IMG/VR virus record: IMGVR_UViG_2851976983_000001
Coordinates: 36,474 to 100,473 of that record
Source of the DNA: a virus
Lineage: Duplodnaviria > Heunggongvirae > Uroviricota > Caudoviricetes
Reading direction: 5' to 3' (one strand)
Length of the DNA: 64,000 nucleotides
The stretch's first letter is position 1. Each line of letters opens with the position of its first letter. Made by a program: the position numbers and the translations under genes. Below are positions 10,656 to 18,872 of this stretch, piece by piece. Below the pieces are notes generated by a model. It worked only from the letters and a program-made list of their open reading frames with translations, searched no databases and had not been told where the DNA came from.

Positions 10656-10904
10656 TCAGAGGGGGCTGACGTATGCAGCCAGTTCTGTGTATCCGCCAAT
10701 CGGTTGACCATCGATCAGTACTTGGGGGATAGTCTCTACCGGTTTACCAACAATTTCACTTAGTTTTTCCTTGTCGATACCGGCAGTGGTGATGTCGATG
10801 TACTCATAATCACCGTAGCCATGTCCCTTTAGTTGCTTCGCCATCTCGACCGCACGTTTGCAGTATGAGCAATTATCGCGTCCGTAGATAACGACCTTCA
10901 TCAC
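10656..10904 (-). CDS. glutaredoxin / NrdH-like redoxin
   Basis: MKVVIYGRDNCSYCKRA with CxxC active site; ~80 aa. Confidence 0.75.
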   Translation of the reverse strand: MMKVVIYGRDNCSYCKRAVEMAKQLKGHGYGDYEYIDITTAGIDKEKLSEIVGKPVETIPQVLIDGQPIGGYTELAAYVSPL

Positions 10905-11266
10905 TTCACCTCGTGCAACTGCTGCTTGAGAAGATAGCCTTCCAGGGGCCAGATTTTGGCAATCGCGTTCTGGCGTGCAATTTTACGTCCGATCTCCGGA
11001 TCAAAGTTCTCCGGGCTGGCGCACGCAGACTCGCCGGTTACGGTGTAGCCGTTCTCCAGCACAAGAACGCAGAAGGTCAGCAGTTCGAGTGATTGCAGGG
11101 CCGGTTCAGGCTCTTCCTGCTTCAGCCACAACGGTGAGCTGCGATATCCGTCCGCGCCGGTAAAGTAAAACTCGCCTGAGATAACAGCTTCAATGCGTTC
11201 CGGGGTAACACGCGCGGCCGTTTTGCCTTTGGCCACAATCTCTTTTTCGATATCCATATCGGTCAT
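10901..11266 (-). CDS. hypothetical protein
   Basis: 121-aa ORF; stop overlaps the glutaredoxin start (ATGA coupling). Confidence 0.5.
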   Translation of the reverse strand: MTDMDIEKEIVAKGKTAARVTPERIEAVISGEFYFTGADGYRSSPLWLKQEEPEPALQSLELLTFCVLVLENGYTVTGESACASPENFDPEIGRKIARQNAIAKIWPLEGYLLKQQLHEVK

Positions 11267-11281
11267 TTTGGTTTCCTTACG

Positions 11282-11488
11282 TTAAAAACGAGCGATCCGA
11301 GCAAGAAGAATCAGGTCATACGCCTTCATCGTGTCCAGCTGCTTAATGAGGATGATGCGGTCGACATACAGCAGGCGAGCAAACACGTCGCCTGCAATGT
11401 ACGCCTCCTGTTCTTTGATGCGACCACACAGTTCTTCGTGTTCATCCATGACACGTTTCTGGTGTGGCAGGTACTCTTTGGTCATTGG
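11282..11488 (-). CDS. hypothetical small protein
   Basis: ORF 11282..11626 trimmed to the internal ATG (MTKEYLPHQ...) that begins just after the PhoH stop. Confidence 0.4.
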   Translation of the reverse strand, partial: PMTKEYLPHQKRVMDEHEELCGRIKEQEAYIAGDVFARLLYVDRIILIKQLDTMKAYDLILLARIARF

Positions 11489-11495
11489 CTTTCCC

Positions 11496-12269
11496 TTACT
11501 GATAGGCTTCCAGTGCGACTTTGCATAGCTCAGAACGCACGCAATCTTCGGTCGCAAACTCAATAAGGCCAACATGGGAGGAAGGTTTAAATCGCTCCAG
11601 TGCATCTTCCAGACCAGACTTAACATTGCTTGGCAGGTCGCATTGCGTCACATCTCCGTTCACAATGACGGTTACGTTCTCGCCCATACGGGTCAGGAAT
11701 ATTTTCATTTGTGACGCTGTAACGTTTTGCGCCTCATCGAGAATGACTACAGCGTTCTCGAACGTGCGCCCACGCATGTAAGCGAATGGGGCAATCTCTA
11801 CTTTGGCCACCTCTGGCTTTAAGCAATATTCAAGGAACGAGCCACCCAAACGCTTCTGTAACACGTCATAGACGGGACGGAAGAACGGAGCGAACTTCTC
11901 GCTCATGTCGCCCGGAAGGAAGCCCAGATCTTCTTCTGCTTGCAATACTGGACGCGTCACGATGATCTTCCCGACTTCCTTATCCAGCAGACGCTGCGCT
12001 GCGACGGCAGCTGCCAGGTAGGTCTTGCCGCAACCGGCTTCACCAGTGGCGAACGTCAGAGGTTTGGTATCGAGGGATATAAGATAGTGGGCCTGGGCCT
12101 CGTTACGTGCTTCGATGGGAGAGTTGTCACGTTTAGGTTTTGGTGGCAGAGCAGGGGCGGCAGCCAGCTCGTCAACGATGATTGTGTCAATTTCGTAGCC
12201 GTGGATGCGTGGTTTTGACTTCAGCGCCTGACGAGCTGCGCGACGCGCCTGTTTACGTTTGTTTCCCAT
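11496..12269 (-). CDS. phoH: PhoH-family ATPase
   Basis: Walker A GEAGCGKTYLA and conserved PhoH core; start refined to MGNKRK with AAAGGA RBS. Confidence 0.85.
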   Translation of the reverse strand: MGNKRKQARRAARQALKSKPRIHGYEIDTIIVDELAAAPALPPKPKRDNSPIEARNEAQAHYLISLDTKPLTFATGEAGCGKTYLAAAVAAQRLLDKEVGKIIVTRPVLQAEEDLGFLPGDMSEKFAPFFRPVYDVLQKRLGGSFLEYCLKPEVAKVEIAPFAYMRGRTFENAVVILDEAQNVTASQMKIFLTRMGENVTVIVNGDVTQCDLPSNVKSGLEDALERFKPSSHVGLIEFATEDCVRSELCKVALEAYQ

Positions 12270-12382
12270 ATTGAGTCCTTTCAAGTGAGTAACTGAAAGA
12301 ACTATACCGACAAATCATAGGTAAGTCATTACCTATTTTTTGTGTATTATCCCTCTACCATATAGAGGGATATCTTCATGAC

Positions 12383-13171
12383 TCACGGCAGTTTTGCTCT
12401 AATTTCGAGTAATTTTTGTGCCGTGACGCTGATGTCATAAGCCAGATCTTGGGTTTGGTTAATGATTCCGTAAAAGCGCTCAACCTCTTCAGGATAAAAA
12501 CGTCTGATATGGGGGATGTCGATATAATCATAATACCCAAGCCCACCCGCGGAATATTCTCTGAAAAGCGCCCAAAAGTTGTTCACTTTCCCGACCAACT
12601 CCATACGGATTGTTTCTAAAACAACATCATTGAAGCTGTAAAAGGGGTTATAGGCAATATTATCAAATGCGTAGAGTGGGTCGGTAATGTTGGTGCTTAC
12701 TTTTGCCCGGAACTGTTCGCTCTTCAGCATTTGGAGGTAGTTATAATTAAAAATATCAGTAATAGCTTTTAGAACACCGATGTCTCTATCTGAGTAATTG
12801 TTCTGGCTCACCTGGTGCGTCATTTGAAGCAGTAAAGATTGCCGAGTTTCGGCCAGTTGCTTCCAGTTTTTCAATTGCTCAACAGAATAGATAGTGTGGT
12901 CAGAGTCAATGAGTGCGCCATGTGAACGACACATCCATATACCGTTATCAATCGAGCTTCGCTGTTCTGGGGTCAAGCTAGGATCATATCTCGGCCCACC
13001 TGGCGCTGCTGCTGTAATATGGGCCGCAATACCATTATTAATCCTGCCGTTTGTATCACTGCTATCCGGGCCTACTGTTGTCTGGTTGCAGCCAAGAAAA
13101 GAGCATTTCCAGCCTACGCGTTCGGCCAGTGTTCGCTTCACCGATTGGGGAAAATCATCTCTGTTACTCAC
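12383..13171 (-). CDS. HNH endonuclease-like domain protein with uncharacterised C-terminal domain
   Basis: N-terminal WKCSFLGCN...AAHI...NGIWMCRSHGALID (Cys pairs plus His/Asn spacing of HNH nucleases); the remaining ~150 aa match nothing I recognise. Confidence 0.5.
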   Translation of the reverse strand: MSNRDDFPQSVKRTLAERVGWKCSFLGCNQTTVGPDSSDTNGRINNGIAAHITAAAPGGPRYDPSLTPEQRSSIDNGIWMCRSHGALIDSDHTIYSVEQLKNWKQLAETRQSLLLQMTHQVSQNNYSDRDIGVLKAITDIFNYNYLQMLKSEQFRAKVSTNITDPLYAFDNIAYNPFYSFNDVVLETIRMELVGKVNNFWALFREYSAGGLGYYDYIDIPHIRRFYPEEVERFYGIINQTQDLAYDISVTAQKLLEIRAKLP

Positions 13172-13211
13172 GATTAACCTCGCTGTGTTTAAACAATCTT
13201 ATGGTTATTTG

Positions 13212-13781
13212 TTAGTGGCGTTTGTCTTCTTCCAGACGCGCCGTTTTTAAGTGTTTGTCGGTAAAGGTAAGTAACGTTACGCCCTCATCTTTATTCATGA
13301 AACCGGCACCGTTTATCATCATGATCAGGCGCTCTTTGCCGCGGAATACCTCATAATACTTTCCCGCTGCACATGACATTGTCTTGGCGCACTCCAACCC
13401 ATTCAAGGCTGTTTCATCAAATACCTGATCTTTAGTGGCAACCGGCTTCCCGTATTCTTTCGTAAGCATTTCGTCGAGCTGCATGAAGGTATACTTGCCG
13501 ACGTTGGTAGTCATGCTTGACTCAACTTTGCCATCAATCAATCCACCGGTGGTATGCGGTTCCTTACCTTCAGCCGCTGCTTTATCGAACAAAGCGAAGG
13601 CTTCGATGTTTGGGGTTCGTTTTTCAAAGTGGGTTTTGTACTGGCTCTCAAGGGAGTTTTTGTCCTGACCGATTAGTGTAATTTTATCGACTTCAGACTC
13701 GTTGCATCCCGTGAGTGTGAACGCGATTATTAGAGAGGTGAGAATAGTGAAGTTGCGCTTTTTCATTGATGCTATCTCCAT
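13212..13781 (-). CDS. lipoprotein
   Basis: MKKRNFTILTSLIIAFTLTGC signal peptide with LTGC lipobox. Confidence 0.6.
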   Translation of the reverse strand: MEIASMKKRNFTILTSLIIAFTLTGCNESEVDKITLIGQDKNSLESQYKTHFEKRTPNIEAFALFDKAAAEGKEPHTTGGLIDGKVESSMTTNVGKYTFMQLDEMLTKEYGKPVATKDQVFDETALNGLECAKTMSCAAGKYYEVFRGKERLIMMINGAGFMNKDEGVTLLTFTDKHLKTARLEEDKRH

Positions 13782-13844
13782 GCAAACAGCTACGTTCCTA
13801 CTACGGGTGGCACTTCAGATAAATACTTTAGACCTTGGCAGATA

Positions 13845-14573
13845 TTAACCGATGCTGTTTTGATACCTGCGAACTGCCGCATCCAATTCACTAACATATC
13901 GATTAAACTCACCCACAACATACTCCAAAAATTGATCGTCCATGAGGACACCGTTGAAGAAATTTACTGTTATACCGGCGTTTTCATTCTTTGCACGATT
14001 GATTGCGCGGATATCTCGCTTCTGTGTTTCTGACTTCTTTGCTTTTGATTTTAAAAGGTTATGATAGTTTTCGGCAACACCATCGTTGTGAGCCATGATA
14101 TTTCTGATGGCCGCCAGATGAGCAATATCCCTGATGCCTTTGCCTCCTATGGTTCCAGTAAGTCGCTTATGGCAATCTTCGACCGTTTTGAATCTTTTGT
14201 CTGTCACCTCGCCCGACAATCTATCCATGACCTCAAGGCATTCAACCATGCGGTGTTCAAATAACCCGAACATCGTCAGAAATGCCGAACGACGAGTAAG
14301 TTGTGAAATCAAGTGCTTGTATTCCGATTTGACTTCATCAGCATCGAATCCAGAACATGAACCGCAGGTAAAATACTGTACCGTATATAGATGAATTTTA
14401 CCTTCATCGTCCTCATGCTCATCGTCATACTCACCCTCCGAGACTGCGCCCGGAAGATCGGCATCACTAAGAGCGCGAGCAATGTTTACTTCAGCCTGTT
14501 CAGCTAGCATCTTCATGATTGTAATTGATTTCGTGGCTCCCCAAAGTTGTAGATTAATAAATATCTTTGCCAT
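13845..14573 (-). CDS. hypothetical protein with HEPN-like Rx4H motif
   Basis: IAHLAAIRNIMAHND contains R-x4-H; acidic N-terminal stretch; last gene upstream of the tRNA region. Confidence 0.3.
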   Translation of the reverse strand: MAKIFINLQLWGATKSITIMKMLAEQAEVNIARALSDADLPGAVSEGEYDDEHEDDEGKIHLYTVQYFTCGSCSGFDADEVKSEYKHLISQLTRRSAFLTMFGLFEHRMVECLEVMDRLSGEVTDKRFKTVEDCHKRLTGTIGGKGIRDIAHLAAIRNIMAHNDGVAENYHNLLKSKAKKSETQKRDIRAINRAKNENAGITVNFFNGVLMDDQFLEYVVGEFNRYVSELDAAVRRYQNSIG

Positions 14574-14656
14574 CTTCCTTGTTCCTTAGAGTGTTCGGAG
14601 AAGATCCAAATAGCGTCAACCAAATGCCGCTGAATTCATATGTACGACCGCAAAGC

Positions 14657-14680
14657 AAAATGGGGCCGAAGCCCCATTTT
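14657..14680. terminator. bidirectional terminator hairpin
   Basis: AAAATGGGGCCGAAGCCCCATTTT; same GGGGCCGAAGCCCC core as 15141..15164. Confidence 0.55.
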
Positions 14681-14835
14681 ATTCAAACTATTTATTCTGC
14701 TGGCACCTAAACAAAAGGTAAAGCATAAGCAGAGATAGGACTTGGCTATGCAGAGGAGCCTGAATAAATGTCGTTAGCATTTCACTCATCGAAAGATACC
14801 TCTATTCGATTAATCAAATGCGCTACGAGACCAAA

Positions 14836-14864
14836 TTGACGTAGATTCACCTTAGTTGTAAGAT
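14836..14864 (+). promoter_or_regulatory. strong sigma70 promoter candidate on the plus strand
   Basis: -35 TTGACG (14836..14841), 17-nt spacer, -10 TAAGAT (14859..14864). Confidence 0.45.
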
Positions 14865-14870
14865 GAACTT

Positions 14871-14969
14871 GTATTGACGTATCCGTTCTCGTAACGCGAT
14901 ATGAGGTTTTTAACGATGGCAGTCGTTAAAAACCAGAAAGAACTCCCGTTCGGGGGTTCTTTTTTTTTT
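14871..14969 (+). ncRNA. candidate ~100-nt small RNA
   Basis: Downstream of the promoter above; two hairpins (14905..14934 with an 11-bp stem; 14939..14960) followed by a T9 tract; no plausible ORF. Confidence 0.3.
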
Positions 14970-15140
14970 GCGTAGTAGTCACTTTCCCATTGCACTTCCC
15001 TCTCGTTGTATGAAAACTACGGATTGTAGCATTTCCAATAGCTTGTTTATAATTTGCATAGCATAGCACAACCCACATGCGCATGTAGGACTGACAGGAA
15101 TTGCCCCACAACGTATAAAAAAGTTTGTGATTATCAAAGA

Positions 15141-15164
15141 AAAAAGGGGCCGAAGCCCCTTTGG
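15141..15164. terminator. bidirectional terminator hairpin
   Basis: AAAAAGGGGCCGAAGCCCCTTTGG. Confidence 0.5.
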
Positions 15165-15236
15165 ATTATGGTTTGCGCTAAAAAAGTGTTGCTACGATGC
15201 TAAGAAGCAATGGTTAAGAACGTCTGCCGTGTCTAT

Positions 15237-15319
15237 CACAGCGCTGAACGGTTTGGCGACATTTGCGGAGTCTTTCCGTTCGGACGGTGGTGGCGAACTC
15301 CAAACCGTTCAGCGCTGTG
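15237..15319. repeat. long perfect inverted repeat (20-bp arms) abutting the tRNA 3' end
   Basis: CACAGCGCTGAACGGTTTGG ... CCAAACCGTTCAGCGCTGTG with ~43-nt loop. Confidence 0.6.
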
Positions 15320-15320
15320 T

Positions 15321-15395
15321 TGGCGATGGTGGGTGGACTCGAACCACCGACCAGTTGATTAACAGTCAACCGCTCTACCACTGAGCTACACCATC
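15321..15395 (-). tRNA. tRNA-Asn (anticodon GUU)
   Basis: Minus-strand sequence GATGGTG-TA-GCTC-AGTGGTA-GAGC-G-GTTGA-CTGTTAA-TCAAC-TGGTC-GGTGG-TTCGAGT-CCACC-CACCATC-G-CCA folds as a cloverleaf with encoded CCA; 75 nt. Confidence 0.85.
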
Positions 15396-15834
15396 ATATT
15401 TCGCGGCGGTACTTGTTGATGGACAACCAGGCAACCAGGAACTTTCCCGCAACTTGCACTTTACGTTAGTGCCAGACGAGGCTTGTGGCGCGCTCACATA
15501 GAGCAAAGATCTGGAATCCTTCTCGGTGGTTGACGGCCGCCAGATTCTTCGATCTTATTGGATGTATGGAATCATCCATGTTGTGAAACCAGGGGCTACA
15601 TAGGCAACAATGATTTCACCAGAGGGTTAAAGAATCCTGCTTTCACAACGTTGAGGCCGCTGAACCGATTTATGTTCGACCCAACATATTGATCAGTCAC
15701 TACAGCTCTGTGGAATCACCTGTATGATTAAAAGAAAAACAGTGACCTCAACGTTGTGCGCTGGCTAACCAAGCCAGCCGGGTTACGTCGCCGCTTTTAA
15801 CCCAAGATTAAACGACATAAGTAATGGAAATGAC

Positions 15835-15949
15835 GTAACAGGATGGACGGTCAGCTGGCTGAAACCGGGATGATGGAATGGAATGAGGAAACCAACCGTC
15901 CATCCTGTTACTTCATCGAATAGGGCATGGGTGGTGCAACATGCCCTAT
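15835..15949. repeat. two consecutive strong hairpins in an ORF-free region
   Basis: 16-bp perfect stem GTAACAGGATGGACGG/CCGTCCATCCTGTTAC (15835..15911) then 10-bp stem ATAGGGCATG/CATGCCCTAT (15920..15949). Confidence 0.5.
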
Positions 15950-16143
15950 CCTGCGTTCTGAAATCACACTCGCTCAGTGTGTCCCATTTCGGTGACGAGG
16001 CTGGAAACTGACCTCGCTGGTGTTTGGCTTCTTAGGCTACTGCCAGGTACGTATCTTCGTTTGCAGTTATATTTAACGTTCAAACAGTCGCATCTCAACG
16101 AAAACAAGTGAATCTTATACGTATTAAATAAGTAAGTAAATGC

Positions 16144-16449
16144 TTATTTTTCTGTGGCTCGTTCAGTTGCTATCTTTTTGATCAAACTCACCTTCTGTTC
16201 CGGCGTTCTCGTGATGATGGCCGTAAAACGCTTCGCATGAATAGTGATAGTTTCGTTCTCCTTCAGTTCACCGTAGTGAGTCTCCAGCAGAGAACCCAGG
16301 CGCCACAGGCCGTCGTCTATGCGTTTATGGCTGGCAAATCTGATCAGCAGTAGCTTTACGATTAACTGACCAATGTAAAAGGCATATCCGAAGCCGGCCG
16401 CCACAAGGTAGGTTACCAGCCACCAGTAGAAAGAGGTCAAATTGCTCAT
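16144..16449 (-). CDS. hypothetical membrane protein
   Basis: N-terminal hydrophobic helix FYWWLVTYLVAAGFGYAFYIGQLIV; start overlaps the upstream stop. Confidence 0.5.
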   Translation of the reverse strand: MSNLTSFYWWLVTYLVAAGFGYAFYIGQLIVKLLLIRFASHKRIDDGLWRLGSLLETHYGELKENETITIHAKRFTAIITRTPEQKVSLIKKIATERATEK

Positions 16450-16598
16450 TTCCGCACTCCCGTCTCGTGAACAACCCGATACAGACGCTTACCGATGCGA
16501 AGCGTTTTGGTTTCCAGTTCCTGCCTGACCATATCGCGACAGATACTGAAGCCGAGGGCCACGCCCCCAGCAAAAGATAATAGGATGTATGGAATCAT
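16446..16598 (-). CDS. small membrane protein (50 aa) missing from the ORF track
   Basis: Hand translation MIPYILLSFAGGVALGFSICRDMVRQELETKTLRIGKRLYRVVHETGVRK; start and stop overlap both neighbours. Confidence 0.4.
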   Translation of the reverse strand: MIPYILLSFAGGVALGFSICRDMVRQELETKTLRIGKRLYRVVHETGVRK

Positions 16599-16810
16599 CA
16601 GAACGCCCCCGCCTCAGTCAATTGCTGCAACAGTGAGTGTCCTTTTTCAGTGAGTTGATAGTTCTCCACACATCCCTTTGGCGAAACGTTAGCGACAAGA
16701 TTCATACGTTCCAGTTTGGCGCGGGTCTTTGGCTTCCAGTTGGAATAGAACTCTTTCCATTGGCTGATTTCACGCAGAGTTTCCTTCTCCCGTTTACTTA
16801 ACATGATCAT
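16598..16810 (-). CDS. hypothetical protein
   Basis: 70-aa ORF translationally coupled to both neighbours. Confidence 0.5.
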   Translation of the reverse strand: MIMLSKREKETLREISQWKEFYSNWKPKTRAKLERMNLVANVSPKGCVENYQLTEKGHSLLQQLTEAGAF

Positions 16811-16970
16811 CCTTAATCTCCTTCAGTGTGTACGTGATATCTACAATGCGGTTAATGCGGCCGCGCCTCTGCATGACACCGGCTTTTACGTAATCGTTGA
16901 TGCAGCTGGACGTAACCAGACTGCCGATAACAATGCCGACGACCAAAAATACAATCATCCAGCCGAGCAT
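16794..16970 (-). CDS. small membrane protein (58 aa) missing from the ORF track
   Basis: Hand translation MLGWMIVFLVVGIVIGSLVTSSCINDYVKAGVMQRRGRINRIVDITYTLKEIKDDHVK; ATG overlaps the ligase stop. Confidence 0.4.
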   Translation of the reverse strand: MLGWMIVFLVVGIVIGSLVTSSCINDYVKAGVMQRRGRINRIVDITYTLKEIKDDHVK

Positions 16971-18292
16971 CAGTCTTTATCTCCAATACGGTCTTCGGTA
17001 TCTCGCAGACATTTCGGCCACTTCAGACGTGGGTGGCGTAAGCTACCGTCCGGCGTTTTCTCATGGCAGTGAACCTCGACGATGCGTCCACGATACTTCT
17101 CCTGATTGTTCCAGATCTCATCCAGGTACTTATGCTTGATACCGCTGGCACGAACGATGACGCCGTTCTCCAGACGAATCACTATCTTGCCCAGCGTATG
17201 CGCAAAGCCAGAGTCCGGGTCGCCTGGCTCGAAGTCGATGATTTCACCGTCTTCGGAATCCTCGTCTTTCAACTTCCACCAGCTGCGGGTACGCTTGAAC
17301 TCGTAAACAGAATCCGGATCTTTGCCCATCTCCCCCTCTTCGTTCTCGTCCAGGCGCTTCATGAAGCGTTCGATAAAGTCTCCATGGCTATGGATGATGT
17401 AGAACGGATGCAGGTGGATATCTTGCGCGTAATCTTCCCCGCAAGTGTTGCGGAACAACGCCACCAGCATAGCCAGGCGCTCTTTCAGCTTCATGCCGGT
17501 CTTCAGGTACTCTTTGCTTTTTGCCTGAGCACGCCACTCCGGTAAGAAGAAATCGAAGATGTGGTAAACGGCACCAATGGCTTTCACGTTCTTCTTGCGA
17601 AGCGCCGATACGGACTGGTTGAACGTACCTGCAGTACCCTCACCATCGAAGAAGATGTGCTTGAACCCGGAGAGTCTGCCTCGCTCCAGCATGGCCGGTT
17701 TAAGGTGATCGAGTGACGTAATCGGATTTCCGGTACGCGTCAGGAAGTTCACCTCTTCCTCGTCAACGATGACTTCGCAGATAACCCGGAGACCATCGAG
17801 TTTGAGGCTGCCGATCATTGGCCACTTGGCCTTTGGATTTGGTTTAAATGGGTATTTGTCGCCTTTCTCCTTGTACGGAGACGCCAGCTGTACCTCAAAC
17901 TTCGGAATTGGGTTTTCGAACACCTTGTTGCACAGGCTGATGCCGACGCCGGCTTTCGGATCTTTCAGCAGGAAGCGACGAAACACGTCCTGCCCGTCAG
18001 CGCACATTGAGGCAACGAGTGATTCGACAGCAGTAATGGCCGCGTTCCCGGTCAGTTCGCGCGCCGCCAGCTTCTCCAGCAGCTCGACTACCTTCTGGTC
18101 GATGGGTACGGAAGTATCGAGTGGCTCGACCACTTTGTACTTCTTCACACCGAATCGAATGAATGGGTTGAGCATTAGCGAGACCATGCTCTGCTCAAAT
18201 TCATCAAGGTTGGCCAGCGCCTCTTTTTTGGCGTTGGTTCCCATCGTTTTTATGGCATCCAGCTTGTGCTTTAGGGCGATCAGTTTTTCCAT
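16970..18292 (-). CDS. ATP-dependent DNA ligase
   Basis: Adenylation motif I SLKLDGLR (KxDGxR); 440 aa. Confidence 0.85.
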   Translation of the reverse strand: MEKLIALKHKLDAIKTMGTNAKKEALANLDEFEQSMVSLMLNPFIRFGVKKYKVVEPLDTSVPIDQKVVELLEKLAARELTGNAAITAVESLVASMCADGQDVFRRFLLKDPKAGVGISLCNKVFENPIPKFEVQLASPYKEKGDKYPFKPNPKAKWPMIGSLKLDGLRVICEVIVDEEEVNFLTRTGNPITSLDHLKPAMLERGRLSGFKHIFFDGEGTAGTFNQSVSALRKKNVKAIGAVYHIFDFFLPEWRAQAKSKEYLKTGMKLKERLAMLVALFRNTCGEDYAQDIHLHPFYIIHSHGDFIERFMKRLDENEEGEMGKDPDSVYEFKRTRSWWKLKDEDSEDGEIIDFEPGDPDSGFAHTLGKIVIRLENGVIVRASGIKHKYLDEIWNNQEKYRGRIVEVHCHEKTPDGSLRHPRLKWPKCLRDTEDRIGDKD

Positions 18293-18326
18293 TAGTGTTT
18301 AACCTCCATCGGTCGCTCGGGAGTTT

Positions 18327-18791
18327 TCATGTGTTTTCTTTGGTTGCTTCTTCAATGAGTGCCGCGTACACGTCAGTGACAGGCCCCAGTGAATCGGTGG
18401 ACGTGGTTTCGGGTTTGGCTGGTTCTGTTTTCTTCGTGCGTTGAATCGTCATGGTGTTGCGCTTCCGGGTAAGCGTTCTGGCGTGGTCGTTTTGCTCTTC
18501 CACTTCTTTGATAAGCGCAGCCATATCGATGAAGTAGAGCTGTTCGCCTTTGCGGATCTCTTCGACCATCATCTTCAGCGCCTGGCATTTTCCAGCAGCA
18601 ATGGCCGCAGCGCAGGACTGGAACGATGTCGCTGGGAGACGCTTCTCTTTGTAGGCGAGGATGGTGTGCTGGCAGACTGTATAGCTGCAATGGGCCTCAT
18701 GGCCGTTGATCTTCACTTCCTGACAGCGCAGCGAATAACCGTTGTTTCCGGAGATAGACGGGATTTTCGACAAATCTGTTTTTGTGGACAT
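18327..18791 (-). CDS. hypothetical Cys/His-rich protein
   Basis: Trimmed to MSTKTDL; CQEVKINGHEAHCSYTVCQH zinc-binding-like cluster; ATAAGTAAGTAC motif ~20 nt upstream. Confidence 0.5.
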   Translation of the reverse strand: MSTKTDLSKIPSISGNNGYSLRCQEVKINGHEAHCSYTVCQHTILAYKEKRLPATSFQSCAAAIAAGKCQALKMMVEEIRKGEQLYFIDMAALIKEVEEQNDHARTLTRKRNTMTIQRTKKTEPAKPETTSTDSLGPVTDVYAALIEEATKENT

Positions 18792-18872
18792 GCTTCTAAC
18801 CGTAGTCGTGTACTTACTTATTGAGCGCAGTTTAAAAAAGCCCCACCAGGGGGCTAAATGGTTTATCAAGGC

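Noticed and set aside
15127-15384. 85-aa plus-strand ORF
   Set aside because: It overlaps the tRNA-Asn and the 20-bp-stem inverted repeat; coding is implausible.
15321-15395. tRNA as an integration (att) site marking a prophage end
   Set aside because: Phage genes continue on both sides, the integrase is 5 kb away, and the tRNA is complete with a non-host-like acceptor stem; it is more likely cargo.
16325-16573. 82-aa minus-strand ORF from the track
   Set aside because: It overlaps the 101-aa gene in another frame; a different 50-aa frame (16446..16598) with coupled start/stop codons and a TM helix explains the region better.
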